DNA from: an uncultured Candidatus Saccharibacteria bacterium
GTDB lineage: Bacteria > Patescibacteriota > Saccharimonadia > Saccharimonadales > Saccharimonadaceae
Direction of reading: 5' to 3'
NCBI GenBank assembly: GCA_947087275.1
Contig: CAMUBZ010000003.1
Location: 9,132 to 73,131, forward strand
Length of the DNA stretch: 64,000 nucleotides
Shown here piece after piece: positions 54,237 to 63,192 of this stretch. Both the position numbers and the translations under genes were made by a program. Every line of letters begins with the position of its first letter. Position 1 is the first letter of the stretch. Below the pieces are notes generated by a model. That model did not search any database. It saw only the letters and a list, made by a program, of their open reading frames with translations, and was not told the DNA's origin.

Positions 54237-55826
54237 CTATGGGGTAATCAGGCCGGTGCGGGTAGTGGTGCGTAGATGGCGCAAAACATCTTTGGTGTCG
54301 ACGTCAATCTTGACGCCAGGGTTGAGGATATTGTGGGGGTCAAATAGGGCTTTGACGTCGTGATAGAGTTGCTGCTCGTTCTCTGGCAAAGGTTGAGCGG
54401 CAGGCAAAGATTTGACGCGTCCTTCTGGCGTGCCACCAGTGATTGAACCGCCATGCTTGACGATGAGGCGCGAATATTGGCGCAAGAAACTCATCAAAAG
54501 TTGACGTCCAGAAAGCGAAGTGCAGTCGATGGTGGGGCGTACGGAGTAGTTGGCGGTAGCAAACGAACCAAATAGAGGGAGCGGAATACCTAGAGTTTCT
54601 TCTAGGACTTGCGCATCTTGCACGAACTCGGCGAATTTATAACTCGGAATATAAACATCGTCAAGAGCAGCAAGACGTTCGCCGTCATTACCGGAATTCA
54701 GGAAGCTGAGCAAAGCGTTCCGGAATTCCAAAAAGTCTACGGCGTTATCTTTGGTTTCGGTAACAGCAAAAGTCCCCGGTGGCAAAACATTCACGCATTG
54801 TTGCAACTTGCGTTCAGTTTTGCCTTTACGAAAGTCAAAACCAACCTCCAACAACCAGCCATCGTCCGGGCTTTGTTCCAATAAATCTGGCCGACTGCCC
54901 TCAGTAGCAGCAATCTCAAAAATGCGCATATCATAAATCCGGATAAAGGCTGGTTCAAGGTCTTTGATAAAATCTAGTGCGCGAAGCAGCGCTTTGGTGT
55001 CACGCAAAACCGCCACCATACTACGCCGATCGGGAGCCGCTAGGTTGACCCGCAAAATCACATCCGTAATAATCCCGAGCGTACCCTGTGAAGCAAACAT
55101 TAACGGGAGTAAGTTGGTGACGTGGCCTTGGCGCACGCGAGTGATATTGGCGTAACCCGCGGTGTCAAAGGGGCGCATAGTGCGTTCGGTAACGGTTTCG
55201 GCGTGGTCGTCAAGTAGCTGTTCAATACGCCGGTAGAGTGTGCCCTCGGCAGAAGTAGTTTGCATTTTGGCGTCGATCGCACGGGTGGTGTAGGGCAGCA
55301 TCTGTACAATGTCGCCACTCGCTAGGACAACCTCGGTTTGCTCGACAAAGTGGAAAATCCCACCATGACGCGCTCCAAAATCATCACTTTGGCAGTTAGC
55401 AATGAGACCGCCAATCGTTGCGCGTGGGTCAGCGTCGATCGGCAAAGTGAGGCCGTGCAGGTTGAGGGCGGTATTGAGGCTGCCCAAAGTAATCCCGGGT
55501 TGCACCCGCACCAAACGACCACGCACGTCGATTTCTTCAATATGATTGAGGCGCTCAGTGGAAATCAGCATGCCGTCGCCGATAGCAGCGCCAGTTTTGT
55601 CGAGGCCAGTGCCGCGCACAGTGATTGGCAAGCGAAAGTTGCGCATCGCCAACTGATTCGCAAAGCGCACCAGTCGACGCACGTCATCGGCAGTTTCGGG
55701 CAGAGCAATGAAACGGGGCGTGTATTGCAAAACTGAACGATCAGAGGTATAAGTCTGGATAATCGACGGACGCTCAAAAACATTGCCAACAATATGCCGA
55801 TTCAGATATTTAGCAAGTTTACTCAC
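54237..55826 (-). CDS. FAD-binding oxidoreductase (FAD-linked oxidase, GlcD-like)
   Basis: FAD_binding_4-type N-terminal domain (VRGTGLDKTGAAIG) and a C-terminal oxidase domain. GTG start after GGTGGGAGA. Confidence 0.7.
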   Translation of the reverse strand: MSKLAKYLNRHIVGNVFERPSIIQTYTSDRSVLQYTPRFIALPETADDVRRLVRFANQLAMRNFRLPITVRGTGLDKTGAAIGDGMLISTERLNHIEEIDVRGRLVRVQPGITLGSLNTALNLHGLTLPIDADPRATIGGLIANCQSDDFGARHGGIFHFVEQTEVVLASGDIVQMLPYTTRAIDAKMQTTSAEGTLYRRIEQLLDDHAETVTERTMRPFDTAGYANITRVRQGHVTNLLPLMFASQGTLGIITDVILRVNLAAPDRRSMVAVLRDTKALLRALDFIKDLEPAFIRIYDMRIFEIAATEGSRPDLLEQSPDDGWLLEVGFDFRKGKTERKLQQCVNVLPPGTFAVTETKDNAVDFLEFRNALLSFLNSGNDGERLAALDDVYIPSYKFAEFVQDAQVLEETLGIPLPLFGSFATANYSVRPTIDCTSLSGRQLLMSFLRQYSRLIVKHGGSITGGTPEGRVKSLPAAQPLPENEQQLYHDVKALFDPHNILNPGVKIDVDTKDVLRHLRTTTRTGLITP

Positions 55827-55885
55827 TCTCCCACCTAATTAACACTTATGTTTAGTATAACATAGAAGATTTAGCACGAGAACTA

Positions 55886-55914
55886 TTGACTTTTTCTATA
55901 ATGTGTGCTATAAT
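55886..55914 (+). promoter_or_regulatory. consensus promoter TTGACT-17-TATAAT with TGn, 6 nt upstream of the ATG at 55921
   Basis: The 38 nt at 55881-55918 are identical to the minus-strand promoter at 37205-37242. Confidence 0.6.
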
Positions 55915-55920
55915 GGAAGG

Positions 55921-56106
55921 ATGAGAGCATTTTCTTCTAAAATTCCGGAAAAATGCTGGGTGGGCGAGCAGCAAAAGGTATGCTATGCCACCCGCGAAGA
56001 GGCAGAAGCGGCGGCGCTGGTGGCCGAGCATGATTATGGTGCACCGAAATTAGCCGTATATAAGTGTGAATATGGCGACCATTGGCACCTCAGCTCGCAT
56101 AATTAG
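55921..56106 (+). CDS. hypothetical small Cys/His protein (61 aa)
   Basis: C-x8-C ... C-x5-H-x-H pattern (KCWVGEQQKVC ... YKCEYGDHWHL). Probably leaderless. Stop overlaps the convergent gene by 4 nt. Confidence 0.45.
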   Translation: MRAFSSKIPEKCWVGEQQKVCYATREEAEAAALVAEHDYGAPKLAVYKCEYGDHWHLSSHN

Positions 56107-57959
56107 CGTGGCCGCACACCAGTGTTGGGGGCTTTGGGGATAAAAGTACCGGTATCATCTGGCACGATCAGAGAGTCAGGCGTTGCGGGTTGTGTTGGAT
56201 CTGGGGTTGGTATAACGGGCAATGCTGGCTGCGTAGGCGCCGTGGAGGAAGGCGGCGGAGTGGTTTCTGAGTTGGGACCTAGAGTGACGCTAGCAGCAGT
56301 GCCACGGCCGGTTTGGTTGGAATAGGGTATGAGCCGGACGGTGGTTCCCTTGGTGACATCGCCAATCGTCAGATATTTTTGAGTGGCAGGAAGTTGACCA
56401 ATCGGGGTGTCATTGATAGCAACAAGGATTTGGTCGGCATCAGTTTCAAAATCCAAACGATATTCCGTGGCTGAGAGTTGTGTGACATTAAGGCCAGAAA
56501 TACTGGCGGGGATGAAATTTTGATTGTCGTAAATGTCGAGGATCTGGACGTCTTGGGCGGTGCGCTGAGTAATTTCGGTAATTCCTGTTTCGTAGGCGTC
56601 AATGTCGTAGACTTTGCCGTTGGTGGCTTGGGCGAGTGGGGCCATAGTGGCTATGTAGTTCTTTGGCGTAAAGCCATAAATGTTTACCGGATCGATACTG
56701 ATGCTAAGCCGGGCAATTTCGGCCAACTGGGGCTGGTGTGGGTTACTTTGCGGATTGTATTGGCTCGTCAATAGAACGAGGGACTTGTTGGCGCCCGCCT
56801 GCCAACTGAGCTCGGACATTGCCTGATGCGCAACGGCAAGGCTTTGGTCGCTATATTCTCCAGAAAATCGATAATAATTCAATTTGCCCAGCATTTGGCG
56901 AAACTCGTCAGCGCTACACGTGAAGTCACAGAAGATATCGGGCTCAGCGTTGGCGGTATCATGATAGACATAAAGCGCCACGCGGCCACCTAGACTATAG
57001 ATTTGGTTGGCCAGATTTTGTGCAATCAACTTAGTCTTAAAGAAATACGCCGTCTGGTAATGTCGTTCGAGTTGGATAATAATTGCAAGGTCATGCGGCG
57101 AAGATGTGCTCGGAGCAATATCTTCACCTTGCGTAGTAAAACTCGTAGGAAAGTGCTGCCGCAATTTGGATACGATTGTGTTTGCGGCGTTGTGGTAGAG
57201 ACCGAGGCTAGAGTAAGCCGTATGGTCGCTGATGCTTAGACCAGAACTACACATCATATCTTGGCCATTACACCAGGTGCCAAGTTTGTTGAGATATTCT
57301 GAGGGCTGGTATGGTTGATAACTGCCCAAAATTCCTTCATAAGTGTGGCAATCCGGCACATAGGCGCGGTAGTTAGATAGATTTTGACCACGACAAGCGT
57401 CGGGACGATTGCCGGCACCCTCGGGCAAATAAATTTTGGGGTCACCAAAGGTGGCTGCATAGATAATCTTGGACGCGTCGAGTTCGTTGAGCGTACCAGA
57501 AATTACCATTGCGCCCTGAGAATAACCGCCCAAAACGAAACGCGTACTGGGGCAAACTGACGTAACTTGTTGTAGATAAGATTTGAGCTCATTACGCCCG
57601 AGCAGGACTGACTGGCCAAAGTCGAAACTCTGGCCTGCACTGACAAAGGCGCCGAGCAAGTTGCCAAATCCGTCTAACGACCCGGCAACTGCTACCGCCG
57701 GATACTGGGCGCCACCTTGAGACTGGCTGCCGAGTTCATAAAAACTGTATTTGAGTGTGCTGGCGGTGAGCCGATCTGAGATAGCATTTTGCCAACTTTG
57801 ATAACTGGTGTCGCCTAAATCTTCACCAGAGCCGCGAGCGAAAATGAATTGCACATTATCGCAACCGGTAGCAGCTATGGCTGGTTGAACTGGGATATTG
57901 GCTAGACAACAACCAACGCTAATAAAACTTGTTAATATAATTCGCAGAAATTTTTGCAT
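56103..57959 (-). CDS. secreted cutinase-like serine esterase with a large C-terminal extension and Pro/Thr-rich tail
   Basis: Signal peptide, then C-x-NVQFIFARGSGE and the GGYSQGA nucleophile motif typical of the cutinase family. Confidence 0.65.
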   Translation of the reverse strand: MQKFLRIILTSFISVGCCLANIPVQPAIAATGCDNVQFIFARGSGEDLGDTSYQSWQNAISDRLTASTLKYSFYELGSQSQGGAQYPAVAVAGSLDGFGNLLGAFVSAGQSFDFGQSVLLGRNELKSYLQQVTSVCPSTRFVLGGYSQGAMVISGTLNELDASKIIYAATFGDPKIYLPEGAGNRPDACRGQNLSNYRAYVPDCHTYEGILGSYQPYQPSEYLNKLGTWCNGQDMMCSSGLSISDHTAYSSLGLYHNAANTIVSKLRQHFPTSFTTQGEDIAPSTSSPHDLAIIIQLERHYQTAYFFKTKLIAQNLANQIYSLGGRVALYVYHDTANAEPDIFCDFTCSADEFRQMLGKLNYYRFSGEYSDQSLAVAHQAMSELSWQAGANKSLVLLTSQYNPQSNPHQPQLAEIARLSISIDPVNIYGFTPKNYIATMAPLAQATNGKVYDIDAYETGITEITQRTAQDVQILDIYDNQNFIPASISGLNVTQLSATEYRLDFETDADQILVAINDTPIGQLPATQKYLTIGDVTKGTTVRLIPYSNQTGRGTAASVTLGPNSETTPPPSSTAPTQPALPVIPTPDPTQPATPDSLIVPDDTGTFIPKAPNTGVRPR

Positions 57960-58139
57960 TTTCCTCCAATTTCTTGTGATAATTTTAGTATTGGCGCGAG
58001 TATAACAAAAAATTTTTGAATTTTACAAGCACAAGTTCGATAAAATGCCAAATTTGATGTTTTTAGAGCACAAAAATTCCACCAACGGCAAGCGCTAGTG
58101 GAATTTAGTGAAGCCTAGATGTTGTAAAAATTACAACAC

Positions 58140-58787
58140 TTACCAAGTGATTTCTGTGAGGCCGTGAGACTTGAGGAACTCGTTGGCCTTTCGGAAGTGC
58201 CCGTTACCAAAGAAACCATTGTGGGCAGAAAGTGGCGACGGGTGCGCAGACTCCAGCACGAGGTGCTTATTTGTGTCGATTAATGGTTTCTTACTACGTG
58301 CATCCCGACCCCACAAGATAAAGACGAGATGGTTGCATTGCTCGTTAAGGTAACGCACGGTGGCCTCGGTGAAAATCTCCCAGCCCTTGCCCCGATGCGA
58401 GCCAGCCTTGTGCGCCTCAACTGTGAGAACATTGTTGAGCAGAAGCACACCTTGACTCTGCCATGGCGCCAAGTTACCCGTAGGATTAGCATGCTGACCA
58501 TATTCGCTGTCGATTTCTTTATAGATATTCACTAGCGAAGGTGGCACAGGCTGGGAATTTGGTACCGAAAAGGCCAAACCGTGAGCAGCACCAGGCGTAT
58601 GATAGGGGTCTTGCCCTAGAATGACGACTTTGACTTGACCAAGATCGGTGGTAAAAGCACGGAAAACTTGGGGCTTAGCTGGAAAAACCTTCCCCGTTTC
58701 GTAAGCCAAATGCAGGAATTTGCTGAGTTCGACAAAATACGGCTTGGCGAACTCAGATTCGAGAAAAGGCTTCCAACTTTCGTGCAT
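58140..58787 (-). CDS. ung: uracil-DNA glycosylase (family 1)
   Basis: GQDPYH, GVLLLN and HPSPLS motifs. Confidence 0.93.
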   Translation of the reverse strand: MHESWKPFLESEFAKPYFVELSKFLHLAYETGKVFPAKPQVFRAFTTDLGQVKVVILGQDPYHTPGAAHGLAFSVPNSQPVPPSLVNIYKEIDSEYGQHANPTGNLAPWQSQGVLLLNNVLTVEAHKAGSHRGKGWEIFTEATVRYLNEQCNHLVFILWGRDARSKKPLIDTNKHLVLESAHPSPLSAHNGFFGNGHFRKANEFLKSHGLTEITW

Positions 58788-58796
58788 CTTGCGCTC

Positions 58797-60071
58797 CTAG
58801 GCCTTAACCTGCTTAGCCTCTTTAATTTTGGCAATTTTCTTGGCAGGCTTGATACTGCTAAAAATGAGACCGAGGCCAAGCAAGAGGCCAAGGAAGCCGG
58901 TAATTGTGCCGAGATACGGCACTAGGCTAAGCAAACCCATAATCACGATACCAATGAGAGCCTCGACAAAGATGTTGCCCTTGGCTTTGCAAAGTTTTTC
59001 GACAATCACGTGGCCAAGCCAAGCGCCAGTAAAACCTTGTGCGAGGTAAATAGCAATAAGATAGAGAGCGATGGCGATGATCCCAAGTGGCGCGGCAACC
59101 AAAGTGAAGAAGGTAAAGAGCGCTATGATTGGCACAGCAATCAAGAGCCCTAAGCCAATCGCGAGGTTGGTGCCAAAACGCCCAACAGTAGTCTCAGCAG
59201 CCAATTTATCATGCAAGCGTGGAAAGAGCGCACAAATAATCACCATAGCCAGGAAAAGTGCCACAATGCTCATGATTTGGCTGTAAACTCGCGCAATAAG
59301 GATAGCCGTGGCGTCAGGTTCGTCAAGATGATAAGGGCTAGTATTGGCGGCTTTGATGCGCTCGAGTCCAGAGATATCAGCATCATCGTTGTAGACAAAA
59401 GCACCAGCAACTTCAACTTGGCCGACAATCTTGAGATGTGCCACTTCTAGTTCAAGATTACCGGAAATTTTGACATCTTGCAGCGTGAGCGTATCGCTTG
59501 TGACAGCGAGATTGCCCGCAACGTCTGTATCGACGGTCAGAATATTAGCAGCCGCAAACACGTCGCGACCAATTTTGGCTTCCGATGACAAGGTGACCGT
59601 ATTACCTACGATATACAAGTCGCGCACGGTTTCTCCGGAGAAGTTAATCGTGTTACCAAACAGTACGCCATACTCTGTGACGGGGCGCAGTGAAAGGTTA
59701 TTGCCAAAAAAGAATGACAGGCCAGTACGATTTTCGAGATTGCTCGTGAGATTGTTCCCCATCAAGAACCGACTGTGCCCAGCCGTAAAATCAACTACCC
59801 GCTGGTCCTGCTCCAAATCAACAGCAAAAGTTGGCGCAATCTCCGTCTTGTTATCTTCGTCCTTGGTAGTTTCTAAGTCTCTAAGAATCGCGTCGAGAGA
59901 TTCACCTTTGTCCCAACGGCGCACAATTTCGGCTTGCCGTGCCTCGCAGGCAGCTTTGTTCTCATCGTCTGGGCATGGCGCAAGACTCAACGCCGAGGCG
60001 GGAGCACTACTAACGCCAGCAACGCCAAGGGCGACCGCGCCGCAGATTAGGCTAATAATTAACTTTTTCAT
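58797..60071 (-). CDS. hypothetical membrane protein: signal peptide, beta-helix-like repeat region, C-terminal multi-TM domain
   Basis: Repeats of the G-N-[LIV]-x-[LIV] type (bactofilin/polymer-forming-like) followed by about 4 TM helices. Confidence 0.5.
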   Translation of the reverse strand: MKKLIISLICGAVALGVAGVSSAPASALSLAPCPDDENKAACEARQAEIVRRWDKGESLDAILRDLETTKDEDNKTEIAPTFAVDLEQDQRVVDFTAGHSRFLMGNNLTSNLENRTGLSFFFGNNLSLRPVTEYGVLFGNTINFSGETVRDLYIVGNTVTLSSEAKIGRDVFAAANILTVDTDVAGNLAVTSDTLTLQDVKISGNLELEVAHLKIVGQVEVAGAFVYNDDADISGLERIKAANTSPYHLDEPDATAILIARVYSQIMSIVALFLAMVIICALFPRLHDKLAAETTVGRFGTNLAIGLGLLIAVPIIALFTFFTLVAAPLGIIAIALYLIAIYLAQGFTGAWLGHVIVEKLCKAKGNIFVEALIGIVIMGLLSLVPYLGTITGFLGLLLGLGLIFSSIKPAKKIAKIKEAKQVKA

Positions 60072-60079
60072 TCTCCTCC

Positions 60080-61261
60080 TTATTTGATATTAGTGTCGAT
60101 ATCGACATCGGAAATTTCGTATTTGCGCTTTTCGGCAACTCGAGTGAGTAACTTGGTAGCCAACCAACCAACAAAGGCTAGAATAAAGAAGTAAACGAAG
60201 CCAAAGGTGGTGAAACTGGGCTCAGACTCGGTAAATAGGTCGAGGATTGCCGCGCCAGCTGACATCGAGGTGACGATGGTCAAACTGTTGATTGAACTCG
60301 ATGTCACGTCTTGTTTGATACCATCAAACAGTTTTTGGGCAGACTGGACATAGTTCTTGGTCATATCCCACAAATCTTTAATATATTCTAGAGTATTGCG
60401 CAAAGTTTCGTATCTAAATCCAGAAATTGCAAGGAACTCCTCAAGTTCTTTGTCTTGTTTAGCAATCCGCTCACGGGTAGAAATATAAGTAGACATTTGA
60501 CGGATGCGTCCATCAATCAAGGTAACCGTTTTGGCATAGGATTCAAGTTTGGTGGAGAACTTAATTACGTCGCTACCACGCACCTTGGCACGATCTTTAA
60601 CGTGGTCGATTTTTTCCCAAATAATGCGGTGCAAATTGAGATAGCGATGCAACTGACCTTTGAACTCACGGATAAAGATTTGTTCTTCGATATAGCGTTC
60701 AATCTTGGGGCGAGAAGTTTTCTTGTTGTTGATGAAATAATATTTGTCGCCGCGCAAAACGCTGTAACTCTTGTTGTCAAATTCAAAGTATTTTTGACGT
60801 TCGGTCTTGGATAATAACTCCGCAATTTCTTCACGCGAGGCGTTATCACAGACTACAAAGTACGGATAGATGTTTTCGATATGAGCTAGTTCTTTCGGAA
60901 CCGGTGCACCCAAGCTAAAGATATAGTTGAAAGCAGGAGATAATTTTTGCTCGTAGTAATCCTTGAGCCGTTCGACATCGGCAAACAGAGTTTCTTCGCT
61001 AACGTCTTCGCTACCAATTGCAATTAAGCCGTCTTCAAAAATTTTGACCCGCAAATGTTCGCTCGTAACGAACATCACAAATTCTTCGCCGGCAACACCA
61101 TATTCAACGCTACCAAGGTCGAGATTCTTGCGTAGTTCCGCGAGTTTTTTCTTATTGAGTTTGAGCTGAGATTCGCCGTTACGCAGAAAGTCGTAGACTT
61201 CCGACAACTGCAACATGGTGCGCTGAAACCACCCACCGATGTAGATACTATTGATCTTCAT
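60080..61261 (-). CDS. hypothetical protein with C-terminal TM helices
   Basis: 393-aa ORF, coiled-coil rich with 2 C-terminal TM segments. No motif recognised. Confidence 0.5.
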   Translation of the reverse strand: MKINSIYIGGWFQRTMLQLSEVYDFLRNGESQLKLNKKKLAELRKNLDLGSVEYGVAGEEFVMFVTSEHLRVKIFEDGLIAIGSEDVSEETLFADVERLKDYYEQKLSPAFNYIFSLGAPVPKELAHIENIYPYFVVCDNASREEIAELLSKTERQKYFEFDNKSYSVLRGDKYYFINNKKTSRPKIERYIEEQIFIREFKGQLHRYLNLHRIIWEKIDHVKDRAKVRGSDVIKFSTKLESYAKTVTLIDGRIRQMSTYISTRERIAKQDKELEEFLAISGFRYETLRNTLEYIKDLWDMTKNYVQSAQKLFDGIKQDVTSSSINSLTIVTSMSAGAAILDLFTESEPSFTTFGFVYFFILAFVGWLATKLLTRVAEKRKYEISDVDIDTNIK

Positions 61262-61282
61262 GTGCCTCCCTTTTACCTTTCC

Positions 61283-61720
61283 TTAAACATCTTTGGAGAA
61301 AAACTTCGCGTCGACTACTTCGAAGCCATAATGCTGATACATTGCGTGAGCCGGCTGACGGAAATTTTTGGACCAGAGTTCAACCGTCTTGACGCCGCAT
61401 TTCTTGCAAATGCGGAAGGTCTCGTCGAGCAATTTGGTGCCCAAGTGGTGCCGACGCATATCTGGTTTGACGCAGACGTGATTGAGAATGGCATAAGTGT
61501 TCATGTCCTCATAAATCGTGGGGATAATAGTGATTTTGGTGTGGGCCACGATCTCGCCATTCAAATAGCCATTGAGATAAATTTGGTTGGGGTCATGCTC
61601 GTACTTTTTCCAAATTTTCTCGGCGTAAGCCAAGGGGGTCTGTTCGTCAAAACATTCATTAGTTAGACGAATGATGTCTTCTAAGTCATTGCGCCCAGCA
61701 ATGCGAAATTTTACCTCCAT
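61283..61720 (-). CDS. GNAT family N-acetyltransferase
   Basis: Acetyl-CoA binding block VKPDMRRHHLGTKLL. Confidence 0.75.
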   Translation of the reverse strand: MEVKFRIAGRNDLEDIIRLTNECFDEQTPLAYAEKIWKKYEHDPNQIYLNGYLNGEIVAHTKITIIPTIYEDMNTYAILNHVCVKPDMRRHHLGTKLLDETFRICKKCGVKTVELWSKNFRQPAHAMYQHYGFEVVDAKFFSKDV

Positions 61721-61737
61721 ATTGTGTACCTCTAAAA

Positions 61738-62199
61738 TTATTTGGTGTAGTTGCCGTTTTCGTCGAACGTGAAGTTCTCTTCGTTGCCGTAGGCACCGCC
61801 GTAAGCCTTGATCAGGCCATTAATCCAGTCAACCAAAGTCCAAATCCAGCCAGCAAAACCGCCAACGATAGTAATCCACCCAATAGTGCAAAGCAAAAGT
61901 TTGAGCACACCAAGGCCAACTTGACCGCGCATAAAACGATCAACACCGAAACCGCCAAACATGAAAGTTCCAATCCAGACAAAGATATGTTTGTTGATGG
62001 AACGTTCGCCGTCAACAGTAGCACAAGAAGAACTTTCGGTGCGCTTGACGATGAAGTTTTTGCCGTCGCGGTAGACATCGACTTTATCGCCAACTTTAGG
62101 GTTGGAGAATTGCAGAGATGCGATCGGAGTGGTGACGACTTTGCCGTCGTCTTCGCCGATCTTGACTTCTGCGCCGTTGATACTTAGAATTTCTGCCAT
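61738..62199 (-). CDS. TM2 domain-containing protein
   Basis: NKHIFVWIGTFMFGGFGVDRFMRGQ and a second TM helix typical of TM2 (PF05154). Confidence 0.7.
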   Translation of the reverse strand: MAEILSINGAEVKIGEDDGKVVTTPIASLQFSNPKVGDKVDVYRDGKNFIVKRTESSSCATVDGERSINKHIFVWIGTFMFGGFGVDRFMRGQVGLGVLKLLLCTIGWITIVGGFAGWIWTLVDWINGLIKAYGGAYGNEENFTFDENGNYTK

Positions 62200-62236
62200 A
62201 TTTTCACCTCTCTATGACTATTTTTACCAATTAATT

Positions 62237-62458
62237 TTATTGTACTACATCAACTAACTTTTGTCGACTAGACATACCAGTTTTGATTACAATGCAAGAC
62301 TTGGCAACGTCAAAATGTTGGCTTAATAATTTGACGAGTGCTGTATTGGCCGCGCCGTCAATCGGTTTTTCGCGCAAATAAACTGTCAGTTGTTTGTCGT
62401 TTTGTAGTACGAGTGGGCCCTTTTTGGAGCCAGGTTTGACGATGACGGAATAAATCAT
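62237..62458 (-). CDS. DUF167 (YggU-like) family protein
   Basis: VKPGSKKG ... DGAANTALVKLLS pattern. Start set to ATG at 62458. Confidence 0.65.
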   Translation of the reverse strand: MIYSVIVKPGSKKGPLVLQNDKQLTVYLREKPIDGAANTALVKLLSQHFDVAKSCIVIKTGMSSRQKLVDVVQ

Positions 62459-62472
62459 ACTATATATTATAG

Positions 62473-63174
62473 TTACTTTTGGCGCAAAATCCACTGAATC
62501 ACTTTGGATTTAAGCTGAAAATAGGTTTTCTCGTCAAATTGCATGTTGGCGATGCAATATTTTTGGTTGGTAAGGTGGCTACAAAAGATACATTCGTATA
62601 AGTCGCTAGCATCTTGAATGAAGAAAGAATTGCTAATCTTGGCAGAACAGATGACGTGGTAAGAGTTGGAGCAAGTGTTAGAGTCATCGACGCGCATGGA
62701 AAAGTTGATGCCGGTGCTACGCTGGCAAGCGATAGCAAATTCAGAATCATAAGTACCGTCACAGAAGATGATATTTTTGCAGCCGCCACAGTTGGTGGAA
62801 TTATAAACGTTCCGAGAATGATAAATCGGATCGCTGGCACTGACATTCTCGCTGTCATAAACGCGCTCGGTGGTGATATAGTTGATATCCTGCCAAGCCT
62901 GGAGTAAGTCTTTCATACCCTTGATGGGGCGTAGAGGCTGGAGCCACCCCTCAGTTTCGCTGCGTTTACCAGAATTAGCGTCGGTGATATATTTCTCAGC
63001 ATTAGGCATGGCAGAATAAGTAGCCTCACCAGTAGTAGAATCTTTGACCATAGTTGGAAGCTGAATATCGGGCGCAAACTTGGCTTTGAGCTGCTCCAGA
63101 GTATAGGGATTATCCTGGCCAAAAATTGCCTGAAAAATTTGGTTGGCTGTGGTTAAAGTTGTGGTTTCAGTCAT
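62473..63174 (-). CDS. hypothetical Cys-rich protein
   Basis: C-terminal half has regularly spaced Cys residues (CGGCKNIIFC, ACQRS, CSNSYHVIC, CIFCSHL, YCIANM). No family recognised. Confidence 0.45.
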   Translation of the reverse strand: MTETTTLTTANQIFQAIFGQDNPYTLEQLKAKFAPDIQLPTMVKDSTTGEATYSAMPNAEKYITDANSGKRSETEGWLQPLRPIKGMKDLLQAWQDINYITTERVYDSENVSASDPIYHSRNVYNSTNCGGCKNIIFCDGTYDSEFAIACQRSTGINFSMRVDDSNTCSNSYHVICSAKISNSFFIQDASDLYECIFCSHLTNQKYCIANMQFDEKTYFQLKSKVIQWILRQK

Positions 63175-63192
63175 AAATTACCTCCAAAAAAA

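Noticed and set aside
56103-56150. Sortase signal at the C-terminus of the cutinase-like protein (KAPNTG resembles LPxTG/LAxTG).
   Set aside because: Only five residues (VRPR and the stop) follow the motif. The hydrophobic segment and basic tail required for a cell-wall sorting signal are missing.
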